NCBI GenBank assembly: GCA_016707285.1
Contig: JADJIA010000006.1
Location: 8,268-72,267 of the forward strand
DNA length: 64,000 nucleotides
Source of the DNA: Ignavibacteriales bacterium
GTDB taxonomy: Bacteria > Bacteroidota > Ignavibacteria > Ignavibacteriales > Ignavibacteriaceae
Direction of reading: 5' to 3'
The translations under genes and the position numbers were made by a program. Shown here in pieces: positions 8,937 to 18,098 of this stretch (position 1 is the first letter of the stretch; every line of letters begins with the position of its first letter). The notes beneath the pieces are model-generated. The model was not told where the DNA came from and did not search any database. It saw only the letters and a program-made list of their open reading frames with translations.

Positions 8937-9932
8937 CTAATAAATAAAAAAAAACTTAATTTTCCTATTTTGAACATATCTTGAGTCCATTTCAACCTGA
9001 TATAAAGAGGTGAAATATGTACCAAAAACACCAAACCCGCCCGTGATGTTCGAGAAAACCTGTTCATCAAGTCTCAGACTAAAATTATCAAGAAATCCGT
9101 TAACACTTGAATAATAATTTGATAAAGGTGCATCATATTCTGTTGCCTCAAATATCACATGCAACACCCGAAACAACGATTTATCAGGCTCCCCTTCCGA
9201 AATTTTATTCATTGCCCAGTCGAACGATGCCAGATCATAATTGGCTTCTTCGTCCCGGTTGGCAACAGGGTAAATAGGGGTTGGAACTCCATTTCTGTCA
9301 ATTACTTTTAAAGGAATTTCAATACTTTTGGAGACTTCCCTGTTCCCTTCTTTTTTTGTATAATAAAGTTTCATCTTTGGGAAGCAAAGGTTAAGTTCCT
9401 GTGAAGCCCAATAGAGGCTCCATGTTTTTCCGTATTTGTACACATCCACATCTGTTGTAAATCCGCGGGGGAAAATAATGGATGATTCGTAGTATAGATA
9501 TTTTGGCACTCTGGTACCTGATGTCAACAGAACACCATTTGAAAGTCTTGCAGTTATCGTAATGGTATCACCCGAATACAGAGGAATTGCCTTTCCAAAA
9601 TAAAACTTTACTGGATCATTATATCTTGACGAGTCTTCCCTGTCAACAGTTGAATCTTTCAATAGATAGGTATCGCCTCTGAATTTTATTTCAACTCTTG
9701 CTCCGGCTATCTCAGGTGCTTCAGTGTTCAAATACGGGTCAGTTCCCGGAACATCATATACTCTTGCAAGAATCACTTTTGGCACAACAAGTTCCCCTAT
9801 TTCCTGTCCGGCAGTGATTGAAAAAAGGACATACCCTTCCTTAAACTCCGATCTTGGAGTAAAACTGTCCTCACAGCCTGTGGCAGAGAATAGAAATAAC
9901 ATTAGAATGATTGAAGAAAAAAACGCTTTCAT
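8937..9932 (-). CDS. Hypothetical lipoprotein co-transcribed with a TonB-dependent receptor (DUF4249-like by context only)
   Basis: Signal peptide with lipobox (LFSATGC). Its start is 1 nt from the stop of the upstream receptor gene. No recognisable catalytic motif. Confidence 0.6.
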   Translation of the reverse strand: MKAFFSSIILMLFLFSATGCEDSFTPRSEFKEGYVLFSITAGQEIGELVVPKVILARVYDVPGTDPYLNTEAPEIAGARVEIKFRGDTYLLKDSTVDREDSSRYNDPVKFYFGKAIPLYSGDTITITARLSNGVLLTSGTRVPKYLYYESSIIFPRGFTTDVDVYKYGKTWSLYWASQELNLCFPKMKLYYTKKEGNREVSKSIEIPLKVIDRNGVPTPIYPVANRDEEANYDLASFDWAMNKISEGEPDKSLFRVLHVIFEATEYDAPLSNYYSSVNGFLDNFSLRLDEQVFSNITGGFGVFGTYFTSLYQVEMDSRYVQNRKIKFFFIY

Positions 9933-9933
9933 G

Positions 9934-12198
9934 TTAAAACTCCGCTTTCACAAACAATGCAGGGAGAATTGGCAGTTGGTTTACCCTCTTTCCTGTTTTT
10001 TTATCAAAATAGTAAATATTGGCTCTGTTATAAAGATTCAAAACACTCGCACCGATGGTAAAATCCGCAAATCCCGTTTTGAACTTCTTTGTCACCGAGA
10101 GGTCAAGTCTGTGGTAAGATGGAAGTCTGCCTGAGTTTTTGATGTCGTAGATAAATTGAGGTTCATAACCATTAAATATGTTGATGGGGGTTGTTCCATC
10201 CAACAACAATTTATCAAAGAAACCGGAAATTGGGGTAAACGGCATACCGGAATTAAGCATCCAGTTTGCTGTGAATTGCCAATTGCCACCCGGACTGAAA
10301 CCCGCAAGCAAACTGAGCGAATGTCGAACATCATATCGTGGTGCATAAGTTAAATCCTTCGCCTGTTTCTCTGCCCAACCAAGGGCATAAGTGGCTCTAC
10401 CGTAAAACAGACTCCCCTCAAACTTTAGCGAAGTTTCAACTCCATAGGAAACTCCGTCGATATTCTTAAAATCGAATTGTACTGAAGTAAATTTTTTCTC
10501 ATTAACTTCCATCAGATTCGACATTATTTTATAATACGCCTCAATCTCAAGAACAACTTTGTCTGTAAAATAAGATGTAAATCCCGCAATAAAATGAGTA
10601 GCCTCGGCTGCTGTGATATTGTTTGGAATGATTATCCAGGGTTCAAAAACCGAGATCAATTCATCCTCGTTTGCGAGAGAAACCAACTCTTGTGAATACC
10701 GCCCAAAGGCAAATTTGAAGATCATCAATCTGTTTAATAAATAAGTGATGCTTATTCTTGGCTCAAAAAGAAATGGCCTCTTGTCAGCCATCGACAAGAG
10801 ATTAAATCTCATTCCAAGATCGAGCCCTACATCATCCCATCTAAAAAATTTATAATTCAGATATGCTGCAAGTGCACTTTTGTTTACAGTGTAATCCATT
10901 TCCCGTTCGAGTTGATTTTCCTGTTTCAGGGCAGTGGTAATATATTTATTCTGAACACCAAAAAGGAGTTGATCCTTGCTGTCATAAATATATGCAAAAT
11001 CAGCATTTACTGTGAAATCTTTAACATTGTTTTCCCTTGGCTTTGAACCACTGAAGTTTGGTTCAACCTTTGCCATATAATGTGAATATGAAAATATCAC
11101 ATCAGAAACGAGTGGTGAGCCATTCCATATTTTACTCCATTTGAATCCGCCGATATTATTTCTGATATCGTAATCCTCCAATAGCGGATCGTGATTTATA
11201 ACCTGATCACTGCTTAAAAATGTATGTGCGCTAAATTTGCTGTTCTCATCGATAGATGGTGAAGAAAAATTCACTTTGAGTGAAAGATCATAAAAATCGA
11301 AAGGAGTATCTTTTTCATTCAGGTATTTTCTTAGAATGCCCGAATAATAACTTTTTCTTCCGGTCATCAGGAAAGAACCTCCGGGAATTGGTCCTTCAAC
11401 CGCAACTTTGCCGGATAAAAGCCCTGCTTGCAGTGTCCCTTGATAAAAATTCTTGTTTCCATCCCTGGTTATTATATTAAGAATAGACGAGAGTCGGTCA
11501 CCTGAAGAAGGAGTAAATCCCCCTTTATAAAATTCAAGTGACGAAATAATTTCAGGATCTATTACGCTAAAAATTCCCAATGCGTGAAATGGATTATAAA
11601 CCGTGGCTCCGTTTAAGAGAACCAGATTCTGATCACTCCCTCCCCCACGGACATAATATTTTGATGTGGCATCCCCCGTGGTATTTACTCCGGGATTATT
11701 TTGAATTACCCGAAAGATATCCATCTCTGCACCTACAGGTTGCAATTCTATATCTTTTACTGAAATTTTTTCAAGTCCAAGATCTGTTTCATTTTCCCTG
11801 GCATTTCGTTCCCCGACGATTGTCACCTCATCTATATCCACTGAAATTCGAGTCAGTTTGATGTTTAGATCATTAATTACGCCCGGTTTTATGTTAATCT
11901 CAACCTTGTTTGTCTGATACCCGATACAAGAGAATTTAACCACCCTTTGCCCTACAGGAATTGATGGGATAAAATAATATCCCGAACTGTTGGAGGAAGC
12001 TCCAAATTTTGTTGTTTCAATAACAATATTTGCATATGGTATGATTTCACCCGTTAATGAATCGGAAACTATGCCTCGAAGATTACCTGTGGTCTGGGCT
12101 TCAACAGAGGTGTAGAAACCGGTCAAAAGTAAAATCGTTAGAATATATGTAAATAATGATGTGTTTGTTTTGGAAAGAAAAAATGGAGATAATAACAC
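9934..12198 (-). CDS. TonB-dependent receptor with an N-terminal carboxypeptidase-regulatory-like domain
   Basis: GNLRGIVSDSLTGEIIPYANIVI...GYYFIPSIPVG matches the CarboxypepD_reg fold. A plug region follows (DIFRVIQNNPGVNTTGD...YVRGGGSDQNLVLLNG), then a long beta-barrel ending in aromatic ...LFVKAEF. Apparent GTG start. Confidence 0.88.
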   Translation of the reverse strand: MLLSPFFLSKTNTSLFTYILTILLLTGFYTSVEAQTTGNLRGIVSDSLTGEIIPYANIVIETTKFGASSNSSGYYFIPSIPVGQRVVKFSCIGYQTNKVEINIKPGVINDLNIKLTRISVDIDEVTIVGERNARENETDLGLEKISVKDIELQPVGAEMDIFRVIQNNPGVNTTGDATSKYYVRGGGSDQNLVLLNGATVYNPFHALGIFSVIDPEIISSLEFYKGGFTPSSGDRLSSILNIITRDGNKNFYQGTLQAGLLSGKVAVEGPIPGGSFLMTGRKSYYSGILRKYLNEKDTPFDFYDLSLKVNFSSPSIDENSKFSAHTFLSSDQVINHDPLLEDYDIRNNIGGFKWSKIWNGSPLVSDVIFSYSHYMAKVEPNFSGSKPRENNVKDFTVNADFAYIYDSKDQLLFGVQNKYITTALKQENQLEREMDYTVNKSALAAYLNYKFFRWDDVGLDLGMRFNLLSMADKRPFLFEPRISITYLLNRLMIFKFAFGRYSQELVSLANEDELISVFEPWIIIPNNITAAEATHFIAGFTSYFTDKVVLEIEAYYKIMSNLMEVNEKKFTSVQFDFKNIDGVSYGVETSLKFEGSLFYGRATYALGWAEKQAKDLTYAPRYDVRHSLSLLAGFSPGGNWQFTANWMLNSGMPFTPISGFFDKLLLDGTTPINIFNGYEPQFIYDIKNSGRLPSYHRLDLSVTKKFKTGFADFTIGASVLNLYNRANIYYFDKKTGKRVNQLPILPALFVKAEF

Positions 12199-12225
12199 AG
12201 TGAATTTTCTTTAAATATTTTGATA

Positions 12226-12262
12226 AAATAAAAAGGCTGCCGTCTCCAGCAGCCTTTCTTTT
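12226..12262 (-). terminator. Rho-independent terminator after the 12323-21152 operon
   Basis: Stem GGCTGC (12235-12240) / GCAGCC (12249-12254). On the minus strand it is followed by TTTTATTTT. Confidence 0.8.
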
Positions 12263-12322
12263 AAAGTATCAGGTATTAAGTATCAGGTATCAATTCTAAT
12301 GCTTTAGACCTCAACTTCAATC

Positions 12323-13621
12323 TTATTTCATGAGAAGCATTTTGTTTGTAAGTCTTACATTGTTCGAAACCACTTCGTAGATGTAAGTACCTGAAGCCAA
12401 TTTTGAAGCATCAAATGAATAAGCATAAACGCCTGATCCAAGATTTTCACTAACGAGAGTAGCTACTTCTTTACCAAGAATATCATAAACCTTCAGGGTT
12501 GTGAAACCGGCTGACTTCAATGAGAATTTAATTTCAGTTGAAGGGTTGAATGGGTTAGGATAGTTCTGGAAAAGTTTAAAGTCATCGGCTACCATACCGA
12601 GATCTTTAATACTTGATGGGTTTGGATTGATGAATCTTTCAACCGGTGGATAGTTTGAAGCACCAAATGCGATAACATAAGCTGTATCTCCTGATGGTGA
12701 AAAAGCTATACCGCGAGGTCTTGCATCAGCTGTTCCTGGATATGTATTCCAGATTAAGCTATCGGTGATCTCACCAGTTTCGGTGTTCATTGCATACCAT
12801 GCTCTTGAAGTCCAGAAAGTTGTTGCACCTGGATATCTGTTTGGAAGATCATTGTTTGATCCGGCAGATGCCCAAAGACGATTGTATTTTCTGTTCCAAG
12901 CCATTGATTCTGAATCAAATCCTTTAAATACTGTATCAGTTACAGTAAATGGTGAGAATTCATCAGGTCTGGTATATTTTAATACTGCATGGTTGGTATA
13001 ACCAGCCCAGTATATTGTATTACCATCGGCACCAACTTCAAATGATCTTGAAAATCCAACTGACGAATCAACTGCGTTTCCAAGGAAATTAAAAGTAGGA
13101 TCCCAGATTTTGATTGGGTTTCCACCAACTACGTTTGCAGTGAAGATGTTACCATTGGCATCTGAAGCAGCAGCTACGCCTGAAGCACCAAGAACATTTC
13201 TCATAACACCTTTTGATAAGCCGGTTTTGTAGTCAACCTTCTGAACAAAATCAAAGTGTGTTGCAAGAATATCACCATCGTAGTGAGCTTTCATACCTCT
13301 ACCTGTGTTTCCAACCAGGGAATCAACAAATGTTGGTCCAACGAACACTTTAATTGGTGAGAAAGATGCCTGGGTTCCGTCAGGATTAAAGCAAAAGAGC
13401 GCACCTGTTTTTACCCATGCGTTACCATTCCAGATTGAATCTACAGCAGAACTGTAAAGATGTATCCAGACTCTTCCGTATGGATCGCAAGCGACGCCAT
13501 GACCGCCTGAACCGAAGCGAAGGCTTGTAGTATCCGGGAAATATCCGTCAAAGGTCCATCCTTGAGCGAAAACCCCGCTTGTCAGCAACACAAACATAAA
13601 TAGTGCAGCTAATTTTTTCAT
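12323..13621 (-). CDS. Secreted beta-propeller-like protein with a T9SS type-A C-terminal sorting domain
   Basis: Signal peptide (FVLLTSGVFAQG). Repetitive beta-rich body. C-terminal FQNYPNPFNPSTEIKFSL...GTYIYEVVSNN...KMLLMK is a canonical Por secretion tail. Confidence 0.85.
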   Translation of the reverse strand: MKKLAALFMFVLLTSGVFAQGWTFDGYFPDTTSLRFGSGGHGVACDPYGRVWIHLYSSAVDSIWNGNAWVKTGALFCFNPDGTQASFSPIKVFVGPTFVDSLVGNTGRGMKAHYDGDILATHFDFVQKVDYKTGLSKGVMRNVLGASGVAAASDANGNIFTANVVGGNPIKIWDPTFNFLGNAVDSSVGFSRSFEVGADGNTIYWAGYTNHAVLKYTRPDEFSPFTVTDTVFKGFDSESMAWNRKYNRLWASAGSNNDLPNRYPGATTFWTSRAWYAMNTETGEITDSLIWNTYPGTADARPRGIAFSPSGDTAYVIAFGASNYPPVERFINPNPSSIKDLGMVADDFKLFQNYPNPFNPSTEIKFSLKSAGFTTLKVYDILGKEVATLVSENLGSGVYAYSFDASKLASGTYIYEVVSNNVRLTNKMLLMK

Positions 13622-13689
13622 TTTGTATCTCCTATGTGAGTTGATTATGAGCTATAAAAATAGTAAACTATTTCCGAATAAAAAGTGAA

Positions 13690-14943
13690 TTATTTTCTAC
13701 CTGAATAAGCTGCACCTTGCACGCCCATCAGGACTTTTACGATTGTTTGGTCGTTTGTTTTTCCAGAAACCAGACCTGAAGCTCTTGTGTAATAGAGGTT
13801 CGAGCTGTTATCCCATGTAAGATACATGGCGTTTAATGGAAGAAATACTCCCGGGTAATGAACTGAAACAACTCCTGCCGGAGTAACCTTCAGAATTGGT
13901 TCAACATTGTTTGTCGCCAGGAAAATATTCCCGTTGATGTCCATCGTAAATTGATTGATATAAACATTAAATCCGACCGATGCACTGAGATTGGCAACAG
14001 TCTGTGCATTTGCAGGGTCTATATCACCGTTTACATCCAATGGGAATCTGTAGAGAATACCGGCGGAATCCTTTTTAACAGCAACATATACTGCGTTGTT
14101 ATAGACTCTGATGGCAGAGGCAGTAGCAACAAAGGGATATGATTTCAGAACTTTTGTGGGACTCACTCTAAACAGGGATGCATTATCACCACAAGCCCAG
14201 ATATTTCCCGCTTCATCAAAATCGATATCAGCTATTTTTACTGTATTTGGAGTGATTGCAAACCATGAAGCGATTGCCGCACCTTCCGTCATTCTAAAAA
14301 TGGCACGAAGTGAATTTCTTACACCATAAAGAGCACCGTCAGGTCCCATTTTGAGGCTTGTGAAGACATATCCACCACCGATTGAAGGTGTAAAGTTAGA
14401 CTTAACTCCTGCCGGAGTAACTTTAACGATATTATTAGTTACTCCACTTGTAAGGAGTGAATAGTACATGTTACCGTTTTTGTCAAATTCGAGTGCTGAG
14501 GGCAACTCAAAACTTTGAAACGCAAATGGAAACTCCGCTGCCTGTATCAGTTTAACAGTTACAGTATTGCTGAAAGCAAGTGCACCTTTTACTCTGATTT
14601 TTACAAGTGCAGTTGCACCGGCTGCTGAGACAACTCCTGCCCTTACTTTTATCATGGTTGGAGAAGCCTCAAGAACAGTTCCAATCGACTGATTGAAATA
14701 AACTGTATTCTCTGTGAGTACACTTGAGAAGTTTGTGCCTGTGATTGTCAACTCGGTTATTCCACTTAATCCACTGTCAGGGGTCACTGTTGAGATAACA
14801 GGATCCGGCTTAACAGCAACATTGGGGTCAAACAGAGTGGTTGTTGTGTCGTTACCACACCCGGAGAAGAGTATCATCGTCGATATCAGAAGATATACCG
14901 GGAGCAGAACATTTTTAATTTTATTCATAAAAATAGCTTTCAT
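13690..14943 (-). CDS. IPT/TIG-domain plus beta-propeller (NHL-like) lipoprotein
   Basis: Lipobox ILFSGC. VISTVTPDSGLSGITELTITGTNFSS...TVYFN is an IPT/TIG-type Ig fold. Propeller-like repeats follow (GNMYYS, GALYGV, GNIWAC, GNIFLA). Confidence 0.8.
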   Translation of the reverse strand: MKAIFMNKIKNVLLPVYLLISTMILFSGCGNDTTTTLFDPNVAVKPDPVISTVTPDSGLSGITELTITGTNFSSVLTENTVYFNQSIGTVLEASPTMIKVRAGVVSAAGATALVKIRVKGALAFSNTVTVKLIQAAEFPFAFQSFELPSALEFDKNGNMYYSLLTSGVTNNIVKVTPAGVKSNFTPSIGGGYVFTSLKMGPDGALYGVRNSLRAIFRMTEGAAIASWFAITPNTVKIADIDFDEAGNIWACGDNASLFRVSPTKVLKSYPFVATASAIRVYNNAVYVAVKKDSAGILYRFPLDVNGDIDPANAQTVANLSASVGFNVYINQFTMDINGNIFLATNNVEPILKVTPAGVVSVHYPGVFLPLNAMYLTWDNSSNLYYTRASGLVSGKTNDQTIVKVLMGVQGAAYSGRK

Positions 14944-14963
14944 TTTTTAACCCGTCTGATAAA

Positions 14964-15980
14964 TTAATACTCAAATCTGACAGTGAAGTTGTGAACTGAG
15001 CTGAAGATTCCAAATGGTGTATAAGCATAATCAACAGCCATTTTGATACCATCCAGTTCAGGACGAATACCAAAGCCGAGGTTGTACTCTTTTTCATCAT
15101 TAGGGAACGAAACTCCGCCACGCAGGTAAACCCACTTCATAAAATTATACTCGCCACCGATATATAATTGCTCGGGATAATCTCTCGGGTGAGAAACATC
15201 AACAGCAAGAAGGAAGGAGTGTTGATTAGCAAGACTTGGGAAAAAGTCCATCAGATTCATTGCCACACCTATCTTAAAGTTCAACGGAAGCTGGAAACCA
15301 TCCTCTTTATACTTTATTTCGGTTGAGAAATTCCTTACACTCATTCCAAAATTAAGGCTCTTGAATCCGGTTTTATAGAAAATACCAAAATCGTAAGCAA
15401 GTGTAGTGAGTGAATTTTCTTCAGTTAGCATTTTACCTGTGTTGTCAAAAGAAATCGGGCTGACACCCAGATTCTGGCGGACATATTTAACCTGTCCACC
15501 GACACTGAATTTTTCAGACAGAGCGTTGGCATATCCAACACCTATTGCAATAGCAGTTGGTGTGAATGTTCCAACATCCCTGTAACCTCTCTCCGTGGTT
15601 CCATCAACTACGGTCATCAAGAGATCACCATAATTAACAGCCATCACTGAAGCACCAAACTTACCCCATGAAGGGTCAGCCGGTTGAAGTGAAAAACTCG
15701 AATATACATAATTGATATCTGCGATCCATTTGTTAACACCTGCGGAAACATCACCGCGGGTATCACCAAATGCCATTGTGGCAGGATTGTAGAACAGTGC
15801 TGCAGACCCGCTTTCTATAGCTGTGAAGGTCTCTCCCATACCTGTTGCTCGCGCATCGGTTGGAACACTTAAAAATTTCATACCTGCCTGCGCTAACTTC
15901 GTCCGCTGTGCGAGAGTGTCAGGCTGGAGAAAGCTTACGGCAAGGAACATCGTCGCCGTAATTAATAAATACTTTTTCAT
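14964..15980 (-). CDS. PorV/PorQ-family outer-membrane beta-barrel (T9SS cargo shuttle paralog)
   Basis: Signal peptide, then AGMKFLSVPTDARATGMGETFTAIESGSAALFYNPATMAF. This matches the FL.I.PDARA.GMG....A......A.FWNPA..AF N-terminal signature of PorV proteins. Alternating beta-strand pattern ending in ...FTVRFEY. Confidence 0.75.
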   Translation of the reverse strand: MKKYLLITATMFLAVSFLQPDTLAQRTKLAQAGMKFLSVPTDARATGMGETFTAIESGSAALFYNPATMAFGDTRGDVSAGVNKWIADINYVYSSFSLQPADPSWGKFGASVMAVNYGDLLMTVVDGTTERGYRDVGTFTPTAIAIGVGYANALSEKFSVGGQVKYVRQNLGVSPISFDNTGKMLTEENSLTTLAYDFGIFYKTGFKSLNFGMSVRNFSTEIKYKEDGFQLPLNFKIGVAMNLMDFFPSLANQHSFLLAVDVSHPRDYPEQLYIGGEYNFMKWVYLRGGVSFPNDEKEYNLGFGIRPELDGIKMAVDYAYTPFGIFSSVHNFTVRFEY

Positions 15981-16002
15981 AATCTTTTCAGTCCCGGTTA
16001 AG

Positions 16003-18057
16003 TTAGCGAATAATTACAAATTTAACCGTGTGTTTTTCACCGGTCTTTGTGTCTGTAATAACACCAATATATACACCACTAACAACAATCTGACCTGATG
16101 AGGTAACCTGGTTCCAGAACTCATCGCCCGATCCGTCGTTGTGCTCGATAGTTTTGATCAATTCACCCATTTCGGTGTAGATCTTTATCGTGCATTCTCC
16201 GGGTATATCATAAAATGCTATTCTGTCGCCTGCCGCACCACCCGGGAAGCGCACCTGATCGGGCACAGAACTCGAGTTATACGGATTCGGAACAACTCTA
16301 ATTTGATTTAGCGCAGTACCGGCTTTTCTTTTTAGTCTTGCAGGATCATACGATTGTGAATAATATCTTGAGCTTTTCGCTCCACCGGCACCAACTGCAG
16401 AAACATAATAGTAATAATCGAATCCTCTTGAAAGTGAGGTATCGTTATATGATGTGGTTCCGGCAGGAAGTGTCTGAATCAGATGATATGTTGAGTCAAC
16501 ATTTGCAGAAGCTCTCCAGATCTCGTAACCCGATGGATTTTCACCATCATAAAGTGACCAGGAAAGAGTAATTCTGTCGCCACCTGATTTGATATCAAGA
16601 ATCTTTGGTGGTTTTGGTGGATTCGGAATGGTTGCCCAGTTGGCATCATAAGCATCTTTGATTTTTTTGAAAGTTGCCATAAGGGAATCTTTTCCCTTCA
16701 TAACTTCCTGATTTTTTTGCAACGCTGTTATTGTTCCATTCTTAAATCTTTTACCAACTTCAAGTCCGGCTTCATAACCCATACCTGCAACAGCTTCTGC
16801 CCAAACGATGGTAACAGAATCACCGGGTGCTAAAGTGTAAGGACCATATCCATTAACTGCCGAAGTTCCACCGGTACCGGTTCCGTAAGGAGCAGCGGTT
16901 TGAGCGGCATAATTACCATCAGGTTGAACAGATTTAGCATGTCTTGGTGATTTGTGACCTGCTGACATAAGGGTATATTCACCCTGCATTCTGTTCACGT
17001 TGAATGCGTTGTTTCCGGCAAGGAATTCGTTTCTGTCAGAATCTTCCCATCCGGTGGTGGATGGCTGACTCGGATCATCAGATTTGTCGGTTGCTGATTT
17101 ATCTGCATGAAGTGTAATGTTACCAACAAACTGCCATGCAGCGAGACGACCTACTGTGTCACCTTTGTCAAGATATCTTGCAGCATTGGAGTTAATCGAC
17201 CATATCGGTCCTCCAATATTGTCATAAGTTACTTCTTTTGCCGGGTGATATCCGTGCCATGAGAACTGGCATCTGAACTGTTCACCAACAGGGTCAACTT
17301 CAACGCCATCACCTCTGGTATCCACCATGGTATTAATACCCCATCCGGACGAGTTACCGATAACATACCGGGCTTGTTTATTGATGGAATATCTAAATGT
17401 ATAGTAGAGATAAACACCTGTTAAAGTGTTGTTTGGAAGTTCGATAGTTGTTGGATCAGCGTCAGTGTTTCCGGTGTTTTTATATGTATATTCATACACA
17501 ATAAAATTGTCATATCCGGGTGCACTGAACTGATAAATTTTTCTGTTCATGGTTAAACCCAGCTGGGTGTGTACCACATTATCCAACATTCTGTCTGCTT
17601 TAAGTGTAGGATCTATTCTGTCGATCGAAACATCTTTCTCATACGAGATATTCCCGTCAACATTAACAATCGGAGCATCATATTTGGATATGAGTTCAAA
17701 TTTTTCAGGGAAAGCAGCCCAGAATTGTGGGTTTCTTGGTCCAATTGACACAACCTTCACGGGATAAAAATCACCTTTTGCGTCGGTGAAGTTGGCAGCG
17801 CCAATCCAGTGACCTTTCATGGCAACATTATCCTGATAACGGTAGATGGCAGGATAAGCGAGCCCTTCTTGCTGGGTTTTTACAAATCCCTGCTCTTCAA
17901 GCTCACTTCCAATTTCTGAATACCAGCTGTGCAATGAGCCAACTGACATCCATTTATTCTTAAACTGTGCATTCACATCCATTGAACCAAGTATCAACAG
18001 CAGAGTAAAGACAGTTAAGAACGACTTTGAAAATTTAATTACAATTTCTTTTTTCAT
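16003..18057 (-). CDS. Secreted protein of unknown function with an Fn3-like module and a CTD-like C-terminal beta-sandwich
   Basis: The likely start is ATG 18057 (MKKEIVIKF..., GAGGA 6 nt upstream). The longest ORF reaches 18099 and overlaps the receptor stop (TAATG). Signal peptide ...MDVNAQ. An Fn3-like segment (PPKILDIKSGGDRITLSWS...YEIWRA). The tail VVPNPYNSSS...IKIYTEMGELIKTIEH...SGVYIGVITD...VKFVIIR resembles a T9SS/FlgD-Ig sorting domain. Confidence 0.75.
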   Translation of the reverse strand: MKKEIVIKFSKSFLTVFTLLLILGSMDVNAQFKNKWMSVGSLHSWYSEIGSELEEQGFVKTQQEGLAYPAIYRYQDNVAMKGHWIGAANFTDAKGDFYPVKVVSIGPRNPQFWAAFPEKFELISKYDAPIVNVDGNISYEKDVSIDRIDPTLKADRMLDNVVHTQLGLTMNRKIYQFSAPGYDNFIVYEYTYKNTGNTDADPTTIELPNNTLTGVYLYYTFRYSINKQARYVIGNSSGWGINTMVDTRGDGVEVDPVGEQFRCQFSWHGYHPAKEVTYDNIGGPIWSINSNAARYLDKGDTVGRLAAWQFVGNITLHADKSATDKSDDPSQPSTTGWEDSDRNEFLAGNNAFNVNRMQGEYTLMSAGHKSPRHAKSVQPDGNYAAQTAAPYGTGTGGTSAVNGYGPYTLAPGDSVTIVWAEAVAGMGYEAGLEVGKRFKNGTITALQKNQEVMKGKDSLMATFKKIKDAYDANWATIPNPPKPPKILDIKSGGDRITLSWSLYDGENPSGYEIWRASANVDSTYHLIQTLPAGTTSYNDTSLSRGFDYYYYVSAVGAGGAKSSRYYSQSYDPARLKRKAGTALNQIRVVPNPYNSSSVPDQVRFPGGAAGDRIAFYDIPGECTIKIYTEMGELIKTIEHNDGSGDEFWNQVTSSGQIVVSGVYIGVITDTKTGEKHTVKFVIIR

Positions 18058-18098
18058 TATTTCCTCAGATTTATATTCCATTCCTGGTTCACTGATCA

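Noticed and set aside
12199-12322. Cobalamin or other riboswitch upstream of the TonB-dependent receptor genes (also 21153-21377)
   Set aside because: The leaders are short. One is occupied by a terminator. I see no B12-box or other conserved riboswitch core.
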